Below, one piece after another: positions 50,050 through 64,000 of a stretch of 64,000 bases of DNA. Numbering within the stretch: position 1 is the first letter of the stretch; every line of letters starts with the position of its first letter. The notes under the pieces are model-generated. The model ran no database searches, was not told the origin of the DNA, and saw only the letters and a program-made list of their open reading frames with translations. Source of the stretch: the human T2T-CHM13v2.0 reference genome, Homo sapiens; assembly GCF_009914755.1 (NCBI RefSeq), contig NC_060929.1. One strand, 5' to 3'. Made by a program: the position numbers and the translations under genes.

Positions 50050-51060
50050 AGAAGGTTACAGTGGCACACAGCCACTCCAAACCACACCAGTGGGGAGGAC
50101 ACCAGGAAAATGCACACTTGGGACCTCTTTCTTCCCAATATGCAAACTCCTATTAGCTAACCCAACTACAATCCAGGGCAGAGAAAAGTGCCAGATTGAC
50201 ACAGTCTGTTGGATTTTTCTACTAAAGCACAAAGCAAAAGTCATGAATAGTAAATATTGGCCCTGGAAGGACACAGAATATCCAACACAGCTCCCCCTCC
50301 TTCTTTAGCATCCACTTTTATCTTCATCTGAATTTAAAAATCTGTATGTCTCCCACATAAGAAACCCACAAAAAGCTATCTGCAAAATATCATCATGAGA
50401 TAACATGCATTCAGTTATTCTCCCACCTGAAAGCAACACTGAAGTGTTAGCCCCAGCGGTGGTCTGCATCGAAGGTGGCAGACGAAAACAAGAGCAGGGC
50501 GACAATTAACCAGCTCCATAGTTCTCTTTCTATAGTTGGTCAGAGGGCCCAACTGACAAGCATAGCTTCCTTCTATCATGCAGTTCTTGTTCCCTTTACC
50601 ACTGCCTATACCTTAACTAGTCAGGTATTTTACCGTCTTTTACAAGTCTCCAGCTCTTCTTTCCCTATTGAGTTACTGAAGTTTTCTTTTAACAAGTACT
50701 ATTGGGTATAGGAGTGTTAAGCGGCACCTAAGTGAATCTTGCAGTCCAAAAATATACTGTTCCTTGCAACTGGAAAGGAACAACTCAATTTTCCCTTGGT
50801 AACTAGGATCCATTAGCTCTGTCAATTTAGTGAACTCTCCCTGTTGAATATTTACTATGAAGAGATCAAAAAGGATTAGCGAACAGTTATTGTTAAGCTT
50901 TGGATTTAAGGGAATAATGACTGTGTGCCTTGATGGAAACTTAAATCCCTTGGGTACTAGAATTCAACAAGGCAGGGTGTAAGAATTCCATTAAGTGGAT
51001 TATTAGCTATAGTAGTGAGAGGCACCAATCCATTGCCGCTCCTTAGTTCCCTAGACAGTA
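50050..51060 (-). mobile_element. ERVL remnant: 3' internal region, polypurine tract and LTR33-like 3' LTR
   Basis: On the minus strand a PPT aaagaaggagggggagc (50290-50306) is followed directly by TGTGTTGGATATT, resembling the LTR33 start. 50900-51060 resembles ERVL 3' internal sequence. Confidence 0.6.
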
Positions 51061-53368
51061 CCCAACGAACATAGTGGTGAGTTTCCTGGGTTTTATTTTT
51101 GCTTAATCTATCCCAGATTTTCAGCTGAATAAGTTAGCAACCCACAAATGCCAAAGGCTGCATACAAAACAAAAAAAAGAGGCACAAGAAAATTATCATC
51201 ATTCTAGCCAAAAGATCAAGAAAGAAGCAGCTTGGCAAGGCAGAAAAATTATACAGTAAACATGCTACTCTAGTCAAATACCACAGAGAAAAACTGCAAT
51301 CTCACCCACACTCACCCCTGCAATATATGGTGTAACAAGGTGCCCCATCCCCCTTCCAGGGTGGTGTCAGAGAAGGATGAGAAGGGATCCGGGACTTCTA
51401 CCTCCATCAAGAGGTAATGATCCTCACCCCTCGTGCCAGTGAAATCTACACTGGTAGCCTGGGTTTCCAGCTCTATGTAGCAACAGAAGCACCCCCACTC
51501 CCTCTCTGCTAGTACAAGAGGAAGCCTAGTGAAGAGTCAGAACTTACACTGTAGTCTAGTTGGAATTAGGCCATACTTCTTCTCTGTGGTGTCAGTAGAA
51601 GAGTAGCAAGTCACTTCTACCATTCCCAGAGAGAATGATATCAGTGGAGTTCTAGTGGAGATCCAGGACTGCCACCACCACCCAACAGTAACAAGGAGCC
51701 TGTCTTCCTACTAGGTGTCAATTGAGGCCAAGAGGTGAACTTGGACTTCGATGCCACTCGGCAAATAAGGCATCACCCACCCCCACCTCAAAGCCATCAG
51801 AACAGCGTCAAGTAGTTAAGACAGAAGATTTAAATAAGAACCAGAGTCTAATAATATAATACAAAGACTATACTTACATACATGTAATGCAGTACCTAGA
51901 AAAAAACACTCAAAAAGTTATACAAAGAAATATACTCAAAACACTACAGATAAATCAAAATGGAATTCTAAAACTGTTCAAGCAACTCACATTCAGGAAA
52001 GCAAGAAGCAGATAATAGAGAAACAAAAAACAAAGAACAAACACAAAACAAAATATTAAAAGTACAGGTTTAAACTTTAACATACTAGTATTTACATTAC
52101 ATGTAAATGGTCTGAATATTACAATTAAAGGATATTGACATAGTGAATAAAAAAAACAACCCAACTATGCCATCTACAAGAAATTCACTTCAAATGCAGT
52201 AATGTGGGCAGGCTGAAATTTAAAGATTGGGGGAAAAAACATATCATCCAAGCATTAATCAAAATAATGTAGGAGTAGCCATATTAATATCAGCTGAAAC
52301 TGACTTTAGAGCAAAAAAATTTACTTGACACAGAGAGACATTACATAATGAAAAAATAGTCAATTTACCAAGAAGAGTAACATGTTTTCACCATCATAGA
52401 GCTGTAAAACATGAAGCAGAAATTTATAGAATGAAAGGAGGAACAGACAAACCCACAATTACAATAAAAGATTTCAAAACCCCTCTCTGAGCAACTGATA
52501 GAACAGAAAATTAGCAAGGATATAAACTAACTTATCAACCACATCTACCAACAGGATCTAACCAACATTTTTTAAGCACTCTGCCAAACAATAGCAAAAT
52601 ACATTTTCTTTTCAAACGCCCACAGAACATATGCCAAGGCAGATCACATCCTGCGCCATAGAGTAAACCTTAATAAATTTTTAAAAATTCAAATCCTACA
52701 TAGTATGTTTTCTGACTACAATGGAATCTAATGAAACATCATTAACAAAATGATAACAAAAATATCTCCAAATATTGGAAACTAAACAACATGCTCTCAC
52801 ACTTTCAAATAATCTATGGGTCAAAAAGGAAGTCTCTAAGGAAATAAAAAAATTCACTGAATTAAGTAAAAATGAAAACACAATATATAACAATAGTGAA
52901 ATACAACTCAAGCAGTACTGAAAGAAAATTTTATAGCACTAAAATGCATACATTAGAAAAAATAAAAATAAAATCAATAATCTAAGCTTCCATGTCACCC
53001 ACCTAGAGAAAAATAATAATAAAATAAATTTAAAATAAGTAGAAGGAAGAAAATAAAGAGCAGAAATCAATAAATTGGAAAATAGAAAACTATAGAGAAA
53101 AATCAATGAAACTAAAAGTTCATTTTCTGAAAAGATGAATTTAATTGGCTACATCTAGCAAGACTGACAAAGAATAAGAAAAAGTAGACAAATACTATCA
53201 ATATCAGGAATCAAGCAAAGGATTTCACAACAGATCCAGCAGACAAAGAAAATATAATAAATAAATACTAGGAACAGTTAGCTTTATATACATAAATTTG
53301 ACAACTTAGATGAAATGGGTCAATTACATAAAAAGCATAAATTATATCTACTCACCCAAAACGAAGTA

Positions 53369-53448
53369 TAAGGTTGGTGCAGAAGTAACTGCAGTTTTTG
53401 CCATTAAAAGTAATGACAAAAATCACAATTACTCTTGCACCAACCTAA
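53369..53448. mobile_element. MADE1 mariner MITE (80 bp)
   Basis: taaggttggtgcagaagtaactgcagtttttgccatta-aaag-taatgacaaaaatcacaattactcttgcaccaacctaa, flanked by TA on both sides. Confidence 0.93.
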
Positions 53449-54160
53449 TAGATTTGAATTACTATTAAAGATAACTATTAAGAGTATTAACTTTTTTAAT
53501 TAAGAAACTCCCCAAACAGAAATCTATAGGCTCAAATAGTTTCACTTGCAGAATTCTAACAAACATATAAAGAAAAATTAAAATCAATTTCAGAAAATAG
53601 TAGAGGAGGAACATTTCTCAATTTATTGTATGAAGTTTATAATCCCCTAAAATCCACAAAAACTACAAAGCCAAATAGAGACAGTACATAAAAGAAAATA
53701 AAAACTAATATCCCTTATGAATATAGACACAAAAATGCTTAACAAAATAGTACCAAACAGAATTCACAAATATATCCAAAGAATTGTACACCATTGCCAG
53801 GTGAGGTTTATTCTGGGATGCAAGGCTGGCATCAAAAAAATCAAAAAATGTTAACTACTGTATTAACAGATTGAAGAAGAAAAAAATCGCATGATCATGA
53901 TCACATGATCAGAAATCACATGAACAATTGATGCAGAACAAGTGTTTGGCAACATTCAACAATGATTCCTGATAAAAATTCTCAGAAAAAGAGGAATAGA
54001 GTAGAACTTTCCCAACTTGATAAAGAGTATTTATAAAAACATGCAGCAGTAGTGAAAGACTGAAAGCTTTCTTGCCTAATATAGGGAAGAAGGTAAGAAC
54101 AATCACTCTCACCATTCTTACTCAAAATAGTACTGGAAGTTCTAACCAGTGCAATAAGGC

Positions 54161-54191
<31 letters not shown>

Positions 54192-54635
54192 GAAAATTAG
54201 TGCCATACAGAAGGTACAGGAAGTAATAAAACTGTTCCTATGTGCAGAAAACATGACTGTCTACATAGAATACACCAAGGAATCCACAAAATAATATCAA
54301 GAACCAATTAATTCAGTAACATTGCAGAATACACAATAAAACATACAAAAATCTACCGTATTTCCATATACTGGCAATGAACATATGGAAACTGAAATTT
54401 AAAATACAGTACTATTTACAATCATTCAAAAAAAAGCAAAAAGAAATACTTAGATGTTAATCTAACAAAATATATATACATAACTTGCATGCTAAAAATA
54501 TAAAATACTGATGAAAAAAATTAAAGAAAATCTAAATAAATGGAGTATAAATCCATATATATTCATGGATTGGAAGACCCAACATAGTAACTATATCAGT
54601 TTAATCCCAATTAATATCCCAATTAATATACAGGT

Positions 54636-54977
54636 TGTATTAGTTCATTTTCACACTGCTATAAAGATACTACCTGAAACTGGGTAATTTATAAAGAAAA
54701 AAATTTAGGCCTCAGGAAACTTACAATCACGGCTGAAGGGGAAGCAGGTACATCTTACATGGTCGCAGGCGAGAGAGCATGTGAAGGAAGAACTGTCAAA
54801 CACTTATAAAACCATCAGCTCTCATGAGAACTCACTCACTATCAGGAGAACAGCATGGGGGAAACCACCCCCATGATCAAATAACCTCCCACCAGGTCCC
54901 TCCCTTGACATGTGGGGATCATGGGGATTAGAATTTGAGATGAGATTTGAGTGGGGACACAAAACCAAACCATATCA
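54636..54977 (-). mobile_element. THE1/MSTA-type MaLR solo LTR
   Basis: tgtattagttcattttcacactgctataaag...ggggacacaaaaccaaaccatatca. Confidence 0.9.
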
Positions 54978-57289
54978 AGGTTTAATACAATTCCTCTCAA
55001 AATCCTATTACGATATTTTGTAGATATAGACAAGATTATTCTAAAATTTATATAGAAATAAAAAGGAATGAGGCAAACCAATATGGAAAAATAACAATGA
55101 AGTGAGAGCAATGTCTATAGGATTTCAAGACTTATATAAGTATAATAGTCAAGAATGTGATATTGGTGAAGTGATACATATATCAATGGAGCAGAGTAGA
55201 GATCCCAGAAATATAGCTATACAAATATGCCCAACTGATTTTTGAAAAGCTACAAAAGTAATTCAATGGTTGAAGGACAGACTTTTCAAATGGAGCTAGA
55301 GCAAATGGACACTTATAAACAAAAATCAAACTTTAAACCTCACATCTTTTATACAAATTAACTCAAAATATATCACAGACTTAAATGTAAAATAGAAAAC
55401 TATAAAACTTTTTTTAAAAATAGAAGAAAATCTTAGGGATCAGAGCTAGGCAAAGGGTTTTTAGTCTTCACAATAAAAGCATAATCTATAAAAGGAAAAA
55501 ACTGATAAATTCGACTTTATTTAAATTGAAAATTTTCACTCTCTGAAAGACCCTGTTAAGAGGATGAAAAGACATGCTACAGACTGGATGAAAATATTTG
55601 CAAACTAGCATGTGACAAGACCTAGTACTCGGAAAACATAAATGTCTCTCTAAACTCAACAGTAAAGAAACAAATATCCAAAGACATGAAAAGACATTTC
55701 ACCAAAGATGATATGCAGATAGCAAATTCACACAAGCAAAGATGCTCAATGTTATCAGCCATTAAAGAAATACAAATTAAAACACAACGAGATTTCACTG
55801 TACACCTATTAGAATGGCTACACCAAATGCTGGCAAGGATTCAAATAAACCGAGTCACTCATACATTGCTGATGGGAATATAAAGTGATACAGTGAATCT
55901 GGAAAACAGTTTGGCAGTTTCTCAAAAAACTAAACATAGAATTTTCATATGACCCAGCAGTTTTACTCCTGGGCATCTATTCCAGAAAAATGAAAACTAT
56001 GTTCACACAAAAATCTGCACACTAATGTTTGTAGCTTTATTTGTAATAACCAAAATCTGGGAACAAACCAGATGTTCTTTAATAGGCAAATGGTTAAACA
56101 AACTATGGTACATCCATACCATGGATTACTAATCAGCAGTAGAAAGAACAGAACAATTGATATGTACAACAACATGATGAGTATTCAGAAAATTACTCAG
56201 ACTAAAAAAAGTCAATTCCAAAATATTATATACCGTATAATTATTGAAATATAGTAAAACCTTTAAACATAGAAATGTTCATCATGAGTTAATTTATAAT
56301 AAAAAACTTTTTATATGTAAAAATTCAGTTCTATGAGAATGTTTAAAATGTAAAACAGAATGCTATGCAAGAAAATGCTCACAGGTTGCAACATATTTTA
56401 TTAACTGTATTAAAAATAGGCACAGAAAAACAGTACGACAATTCCGAAGCTGTTTTCCTTGAGAAAAGAAAAACAGTGAATTGAGTTTTTTTCTCTTTCC
56501 ACTTCTTAGTATTACCCAAATTGTCTGCATGACCCATAGAACCTCTCTAACCAGAAAAATTAAATGTATTAATAAAAAATATAACAAAGGAGGGTTGGTT
56601 AAATAAGTCATTTATAAAATGAAATAATAGAAAAGCAAAAAGATTCTGCAACTCCATCTTTACTAATATAAAATGTGTCCAACACATCTTCCAAGTAAAA
56701 AGAAGTCAACGTTCCTAGATTAAAAATCTTGTTTCCTTCAAACAAGGATTTTGAATGTGTTTGTGAGAATGTGATGTAAAGATGTGTGAATGTTAATAAA
56801 ATTATGTGAGTGTGAATGTGTGCATGAATGTGTGTTAATGACTGTGTAGTGTAGTTTATGTATGACAATATACGTATGAATGTGTATATACATTTTTAAA
56901 AGACTGAACAGTGTTAACGGTGAATAACCAAGGTGTGTTACCATGAAAACTCTTTCTTTCTTTCTTTATTCCATTTTTGTTTGTGTGTTCCTATTTTCTG
57001 AACATTTTACAAAGTACATATCATGTTCAAAGTCAAAAAATTCAAGATATTTTCAAATGGCAACTTGGCTATTTAAAAGGCAATATTTTAATGTGTTATT
57101 CTAAGTGGACCCAATTAAGCTGAGCTACACCAAATGAATTATTTTCTTATCTCGTAACAATATGATCTTAGAAATATATCTAATTAAAACCCTTTCTAAT
57201 GTACTAGTTCAAAAGTGTTTGGTCAGACTTTGGGGATATGTCAACACCAAGTGACATCCACAAAAAAAAAAAGACTTTATTATTCATTG

Positions 57290-57490
57290 CTACTATTTAA
57301 TGAGCACTCACCACACACCAGGCACTGCCTTATCACCACATATGTATACTCTTCTATGTGGTATTGATTATTATCAACATAATTTATAGTCAAAGAAACT
57401 TATCTCCAGGATCACTGTAGTTCTATCACAGTGTGTGAGCAAAAACTTAAACTCACTTATTTCTGACTCTCATATCTCTGCTAAAGTGCT
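57290..57490 (-). mobile_element. MIR
   Basis: atttaatgagcactcaccacacaccaggcactg...aaagaaact...tctgactc. Confidence 0.6.
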
Positions 57491-57820
57491 GAATACTTTC
57501 ATTAAATAGGATGAACTAATAGCATTAAAATGAAACAGAAAAAATATATTAAAACACACACTGGCAAATTTGTGCGTTTTTAAGAATAGTGACTAAGAAA
57601 ATAGAATTTCCTCATTTATTTCCTGCCACAAACCACCAACCTTTCTAAGGAAGCTACAAAAAAAAAAAAAAAAAGACATTGCTTAATCATTACCTTCCAC
57701 ACAATATATCTGGTTAGACACAACTACGCCTATGGCCACTTGAATGCCCTATCAGAGCACTTCATTTTATATATTAAGATTTTTAAAAGTCCATGAAAAG
57801 AGAATTGCTAACATTTTAAC

Positions 57821-58342
57821 ATTAAGAGCCTAATGCCTTGTCCTTCCACAGAAGACAGTAAGAGTAGGTAATGGCAGATAAAGGCAATTTGGGATTCTCT
57901 GTCCACATTTTCCATAAACTTGGGCTAAAAAAATGGAACATTAAAAGAGAATTTTCTTAGAAGCACTGAAGTGAAATCAACATCTTAGCAAGTCATTAAG
58001 ACAAAAACCAAAAGTAGAATATCAAAGCATTCTGCTACTATTTCTGAATATGCTTCTCATTTTAGCTTCCTTTTCACACTGCAAATTTTTCAGATCTCAA
58101 ATCTTACTCAAAAAGATTACGGAAAATAATTTTTGCCTCTAACAACATAATTTGTCCTAATTCGGTCGCCAGAAAAAAATATGATGAAGAAGAGAGAGAA
58201 AGAGAAAATTCTCTTTAAATGTTACCCTATTTTTTTAGCCCAAGTTTATGGAAAATGTGGACAGAGAATCCCAAATTGCCTTTATCTGCCATTACCTACT
58301 CTTACTGTCTTCTGTGGAAGGACAAGGCATTAGGCTCTTAAT
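57821..58342. repeat. Long inverted repeat: perfect 114-bp arms at 57821-57934 and 58229-58342
   Basis: The reverse complement of the left arm matches the right arm base for base on manual comparison. An imperfect ~23-bp extension continues inward. Confidence 0.95.
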
Positions 58343-59250
58343 ATACCTCATCAAAGGACTCCATTCATTAATATATGTGACAACTCAACAAATAGTTCTT
58401 AAGGACCTAGTCTATATCACATGCTGTTCTAGGTGCTGATCATAATAAAGTTTCTAAACTCAACAAGGGCTTTCAAATTCACATAGTTAAACCTAAAGCA
58501 GATAGAGCAGATTTTACCAAAGTGTGTTCACTGCCTCACTTACCTAGAGGAAGACAAAGTAAGGGGCGAAAGCAGGATGAAGGGGACAAGTATAACAACG
58601 GAGCCTCTTCATCAACTCTACATATCATACCCCTAACTAAAGATTCACAGAATGCATTTGCTTTATAGTGCTGCAATAAAGACAACTGCTTAGCGTTCTT
58701 CTTTTTTTTTTTTCCAAACTCATTCAACCATTGAACACATTTTTAACATATTCCTAATGCCTCTAGAAACTGTTCTCTGCAGATAGTACTTTCAGAAATG
58801 TTTGGACATGTTTTTCTCTTGCTAAAGGCCATGGATTTTTTAAACCTCTACCTACCAGCAAACTATAGCTTGTAATGAGAATGAGTTTGTGCTAAAATTT
58901 CATTGACACATTTTTTTCCTACTTATTTTTCTCTGTAAGTTTCCTCTATTTCAGAAGTTTGGTCATTTGCATTTCAACAAAACTGGCTGCATTAGAGCAC
59001 CTAGCATTTCATGATGATTGTGAAACTCCTATTTTAAAGGAAGACATAAAGCAATAATCTGGAAAGGAAAAGAAACCTTTCTCTCTATATCCACAGTTAG
59101 AAGCTTTACAAAGTAATCAGACACTAAAATGGACATGTATGTCCTAAATTAGACTAAGATAACCTGGGTAATTTTTTAAAAATATTGATTGAGTCCTACT
59201 CCAAACTTACTGAATCAGGATTTCCAAGAGGCAGTATTAAACAGGAATAG

Positions 59251-59657
<407 letters not shown>

Positions 59658-61548
59658 CAGGGTAATTCATATTATCTAGGAAGTATGAGAAAGACTGAAA
59701 AGCCTCTGATATAAAAAATTGTGATAGTTTTATCTAGAGCATTAACTATTGCTAAAAGGTAGCTCTAGGCCTTTTACTGTATGTATTAAATTTAAAATTG
59801 AATCATTTGTTTTATTACACCATTATAGCTTCTAATCTAAAAAAATCACCTCTTCTTATTACTCCTTTATTCATTTCAGTTACAAAGAAGTAAAATTTAA
59901 GAAAAATAAGTGACTTCCGTAAAGTAAAAAATAATATCAAAAAAGGAAAAACACTCAGAGGCCAAGCAAAATTAAAGCTTCCTGTATTGAATTTGTGCTT
60001 GAAAACCTCTAAAATTCTTTGCCCTAGGTCTTCTCAAATCTAGGCAAGCATTCCATTAAAGAAAAAAGTATTCTAAGAAAAAAAGATAAAATAGTAACCA
60101 GAAGTAAAGTCCACTTTGAGTCCTACTGTAATCATTTTCCTAGCACAGCTTTTGTAAGTAGTTACCAAGCATAACCAAAGTCCTTTGATGAAGCATTCTC
60201 TCTCAAATGCCAATAAAAAAAAAATTAGAAATTTAGTGCTACAGCTAATGTGAATTTTTATCATTTAAGGTTTCTTTGAGGGAAAGGAGATGGAAAAGAG
60301 AAACAAAGATATAGTGCAACGTAGGAAAAATTATCTAATTATTGGTCAATAAATAAAAAGAGCTTTACTAGGCTAAGTAACTACTTTTCTACAATTCCTC
60401 AGTATTTAATAATGCCTCTCTCCCAAAGTCTCAAAGAGACATAAAGATTATTTTGCATGGTAACATTAAAATAACACTCATCTAAAAGAAATTAAGATTG
60501 CTTAGATGAAAAAAATGTTACGTGGTAAAGATTTACTTATCGCATTTTAAATATTTTAAAGTCATACTGCAATATGTTGTGTCATATTAATATTATGTTG
60601 AAGTAAGTCAAAATGAATGTCAAATATGACTTATTTAAAAGTGTTTTGACACTATGTTTGGGTTAACTTGTACAAAAAATTAGCCCTTAATAGCATGTAT
60701 TTGTTCCTCTTAATTTTAATACTACCTCTTTTTTTAGTCCAGTAACAACCACAACTTCCCTTTGATCATCTCCATTCAAAGTTAATCACCTCTAATGCTT
60801 ATGTCTTTCTAAAAGCTTCCCTTAAAAAAACACTTTCTCTCCAACCTACTTAAATTTATTGTTTACAACACAATAGAAAGTCCACACTGTTTCAAAATAT
60901 ATCTTCTTAACTTTTGTTCTTAACGTTCTTTTGTGTTATTCTCACACCTGTAGAAATCATACATGTTTATCATATTTTATGTTTTTTTCTACTTACTAGC
61001 TATATTACTTTAGTTTCCTCTTACAGAGATTATCCCATCCAAAGTGAGCCCTGATTTTGATTTCCCTTAAGAACAACAGAAAAAGCACAGAAGGGTATGT
61101 TAATTTCCTCACTGTCCATCTTAAATTAAATTACATGTATAATTTCAATTAATAAAATCATTTATTAATATTATGCTCTATGTTATGTTAAGTTACTTAA
61201 GAAGATTACACATCCCCTTGCCTCTAATTAATTTACAGGAAGCTTTCAACTAATCTGTTTTCTTTTTGCAGTTTCCTTTTCCTAAGTTTTCTTCTCTACT
61301 CTCCCTAAAGTTTGACAAATAATTCAGATTTTTCGTTATAGATTCCCATACTTGCAAAAGTAGATTAATATAGACCACTGTACCTGACTACTAGAAATTG
61401 GGGAAGAAATGCTTGAAATTCATAAAAAATATTAAAATCATTCAATATAGTTAATAACTTAGTATGAGTAATAAGCATACACTTTTGAAAAACAATAAAC
61501 AAACCATAAAAATTAGGATTAGTTTTAGTTGTTGTTAACCATCTGTGA

Positions 61549-61925
<377 letters not shown>

Positions 61926-62329
61926 AGGTTTTATCATTTCTAACATCCCTTCCGTTTCTAAATGTCTGAATTCCTTTAAATGTGTAATGCAATTTCAATC
62001 CTGAATTTTGTGTCTGTCATATTATAAACACCTACACATACCACAATGACACTTCTGTTAAGAAAAATCACAGGGGAAAAAAATGCAAAAATTCAACACA
62101 ACAGTGATGCATTTTCATTCACCAACAATGGGAGAGTAACTAATATATCCCTTCCTGAAAGTCAGTGTGACATTATCTATCAAAAACTAGAATGAGGAAG
62201 GCCTTCAAATTCAGTATTTGCACTTCTAGGAATCAAACCAAGTGAATGACTTGCACATTTATGTAAACACGTATTTTGGGGATATACACTGCAACACTGG
62301 ATATATAATATGCAGTTCATACTAAAAAA

Positions 62330-63095
62330 CTCCAAACCCGAATTCTTAATTTCATTCTAATTCTGTTCTACCTAGTCTTCCACCTTCTAGTAAAAACGGC
62401 CCCAGCTGATCAAGCCAAATACCAAGGACTCCTTCATTCCTCCTTCACAATATATCCAACAGAGTCCTATTTCTTTTTCCTATAAAACACACTGAGAATC
62501 ATTCATCTTCTGGATCTCTGCTGCTACCACCCCAGTCTCAGCCACATTTATCTCCCACCTGGACTACAATAAAAATTTCCAGAGTGATTGGCTCCCATTT
62601 ACTCTTGTCTCTTAAACTCCAGTAAGATCATGCACTTCCCTGTATAAAACTCTTCCACAACTTTGCATTGCATTTCAAGCACAATCTAAATGCCTCCCTA
62701 GTGCCTACCTGCCTCTCCAAAACAGCCTCCCTTGCTTTGACAATGCTGACCAAAACGGACAATTCCTAAAACCTACCAAGCCCTCCTCTGCTCCAAAGCC
62801 CTTAACCATATTTTTCTCCAGCCTGGAAATTATCTTTCAAGGTTAGCTCTTCACTATCCAGATATTATCACTGTAGCCTTTCCTGGCAATCATACTTAAC
62901 CTTTAACACAGTATTACTTCATTCTATTTGTCTCTTTACCCACTCACCTCAATTTTCAATTATCTTGTTCATTTGTTTATTAATTGCATATTTCTTCCCA
63001 CTAGTACATAAAATCCAGATGGCATGGAACTGTTTTACTGGTGTTATCTCAACACCATGTGTAGTCCATATCAATAAATATATATTGTATGAATG
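62330..63095 (+). mobile_element. L2 3' portion
   Basis: ctgctaccaccccagtctcagccac...tctcccacctggactacaat...atcaataaatatattgtatgaatg. Confidence 0.75.
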
Positions 63096-64000
63096 GCAGA
63101 ATAACAGGAGGGCAAGCTGAGTTTTTGCTTTCATTTGCCACATTTAAGCTATTATTTAAATTATGAGTCAATTTACAGTAAAAATCTTAGATCAGCCAAT
63201 TCCTCTAACCTATTTCAATAATCTACTAAAATAATGAAAAATGTTAATTAGATCAATAAGAACTTGGTGAAAACCTGCACAGTACACTACTAAAAGTTTA
63301 TGATCTGGCTTCAGCAATCTTAGCTTCACCTCTGGTCACACACAAACACCTTAATTTGTGGCAATTTTCCTTTAGGAAAATAAGTTCTTCACAATGGCTA
63401 TAACTCCAGGTATAAATGGCAAGAGAAGAAGCTGAGAAGATCGTGGAAGACAGATCAGGCTTTGTACTGGAAGAAGTATTTACGTTTCAGTTTAGAGAGT
63501 CATAGATTTTCGAGCAAGGTTCGTTTACTTAAGAACAAGCAAGGCATCTGAGCAACTGAAAGGTTGAGGGCCCAGAAACAGCACAAAGATTACCACCTAA
63601 ATGCTATGAACAAATAACTATCATAGAATCAGTATTATGTTTTCTTGTGTGGCAGATGAAAATTTAGATATTCCCTTACGATTTAGATTTCAATAGTGTT
63701 ATACTAAAGCCTACGCTGCAGTATGTGGCTTGTTCCTAAAACTATTCCCAGTGAAATTATGTCAAGTTGCCTTGTGCAGTCTTGTCCAATCTCAGATAAT
63801 GTGCTAGAATCTATGTAAGTGCTCTCTCTGCTGATAACTTATTCTCCTTATCTTATTCATTCCAAACTCTACCACATTTTAAAAATACTCTCCATTCATC
63901 CGCTTACATATTCTATTTTTACTTCTAAAATGAAGCCTACTTACCTAATAAGTGCACTTCTAAAACCATGCTGTGTAATATATAATTTGTTATTGAGAAT

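Larger units (their letters stand above)
51080..56240 (+). mobile_element. Old L1 (L1MC/L1MD-age), ~5 kb, with MADE1 and THE1/MST insertions
   Basis: Endonuclease, RT and C-terminal ORF2 remnants, e.g. ORF 55686..55883 MKRHFTKDDMQIAN.H...CS. Confidence 0.88.

Noticed and set aside
54604-54627. Small tandem duplication atcccaattaat x2 (similar ones near 41663 and 53890)
   Set aside because: Ordinary slippage duplications inside decayed L1.

Overview
AT-rich primate genomic DNA, most likely human. The minus strand carries 11 coding exons of the organic anion transporter SLCO4C1 (OATP4C1), from 44873 down to the TGA stop at 10938, plus a probable ~2.9 kb 3' UTR. I spliced the exons by hand: every junction phase is compatible and they sum to 1556 nt of open frame. 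The N-terminal exons lie beyond the right edge of the window. Exon numbers 3-13 assume a 13-exon gene model recalled from memory. The rest is introns and downstream flank filled with Alu, L1, L2, MIR, MaLR/ERV LTRs and DNA transposons; repeat subfamily names are from memory of consensus sequences, not from a search. The most unusual signals are: a perfect 114-bp inverted repeat that I cannot assign to any repeat family (57821-58342); a GC-AG intron; inverted Alu pairs around a frame-closed four-exon block; two nuclear-receptor motif clusters; and an oddly rearranged L1. I see no convincing evidence of a new protein-coding system.
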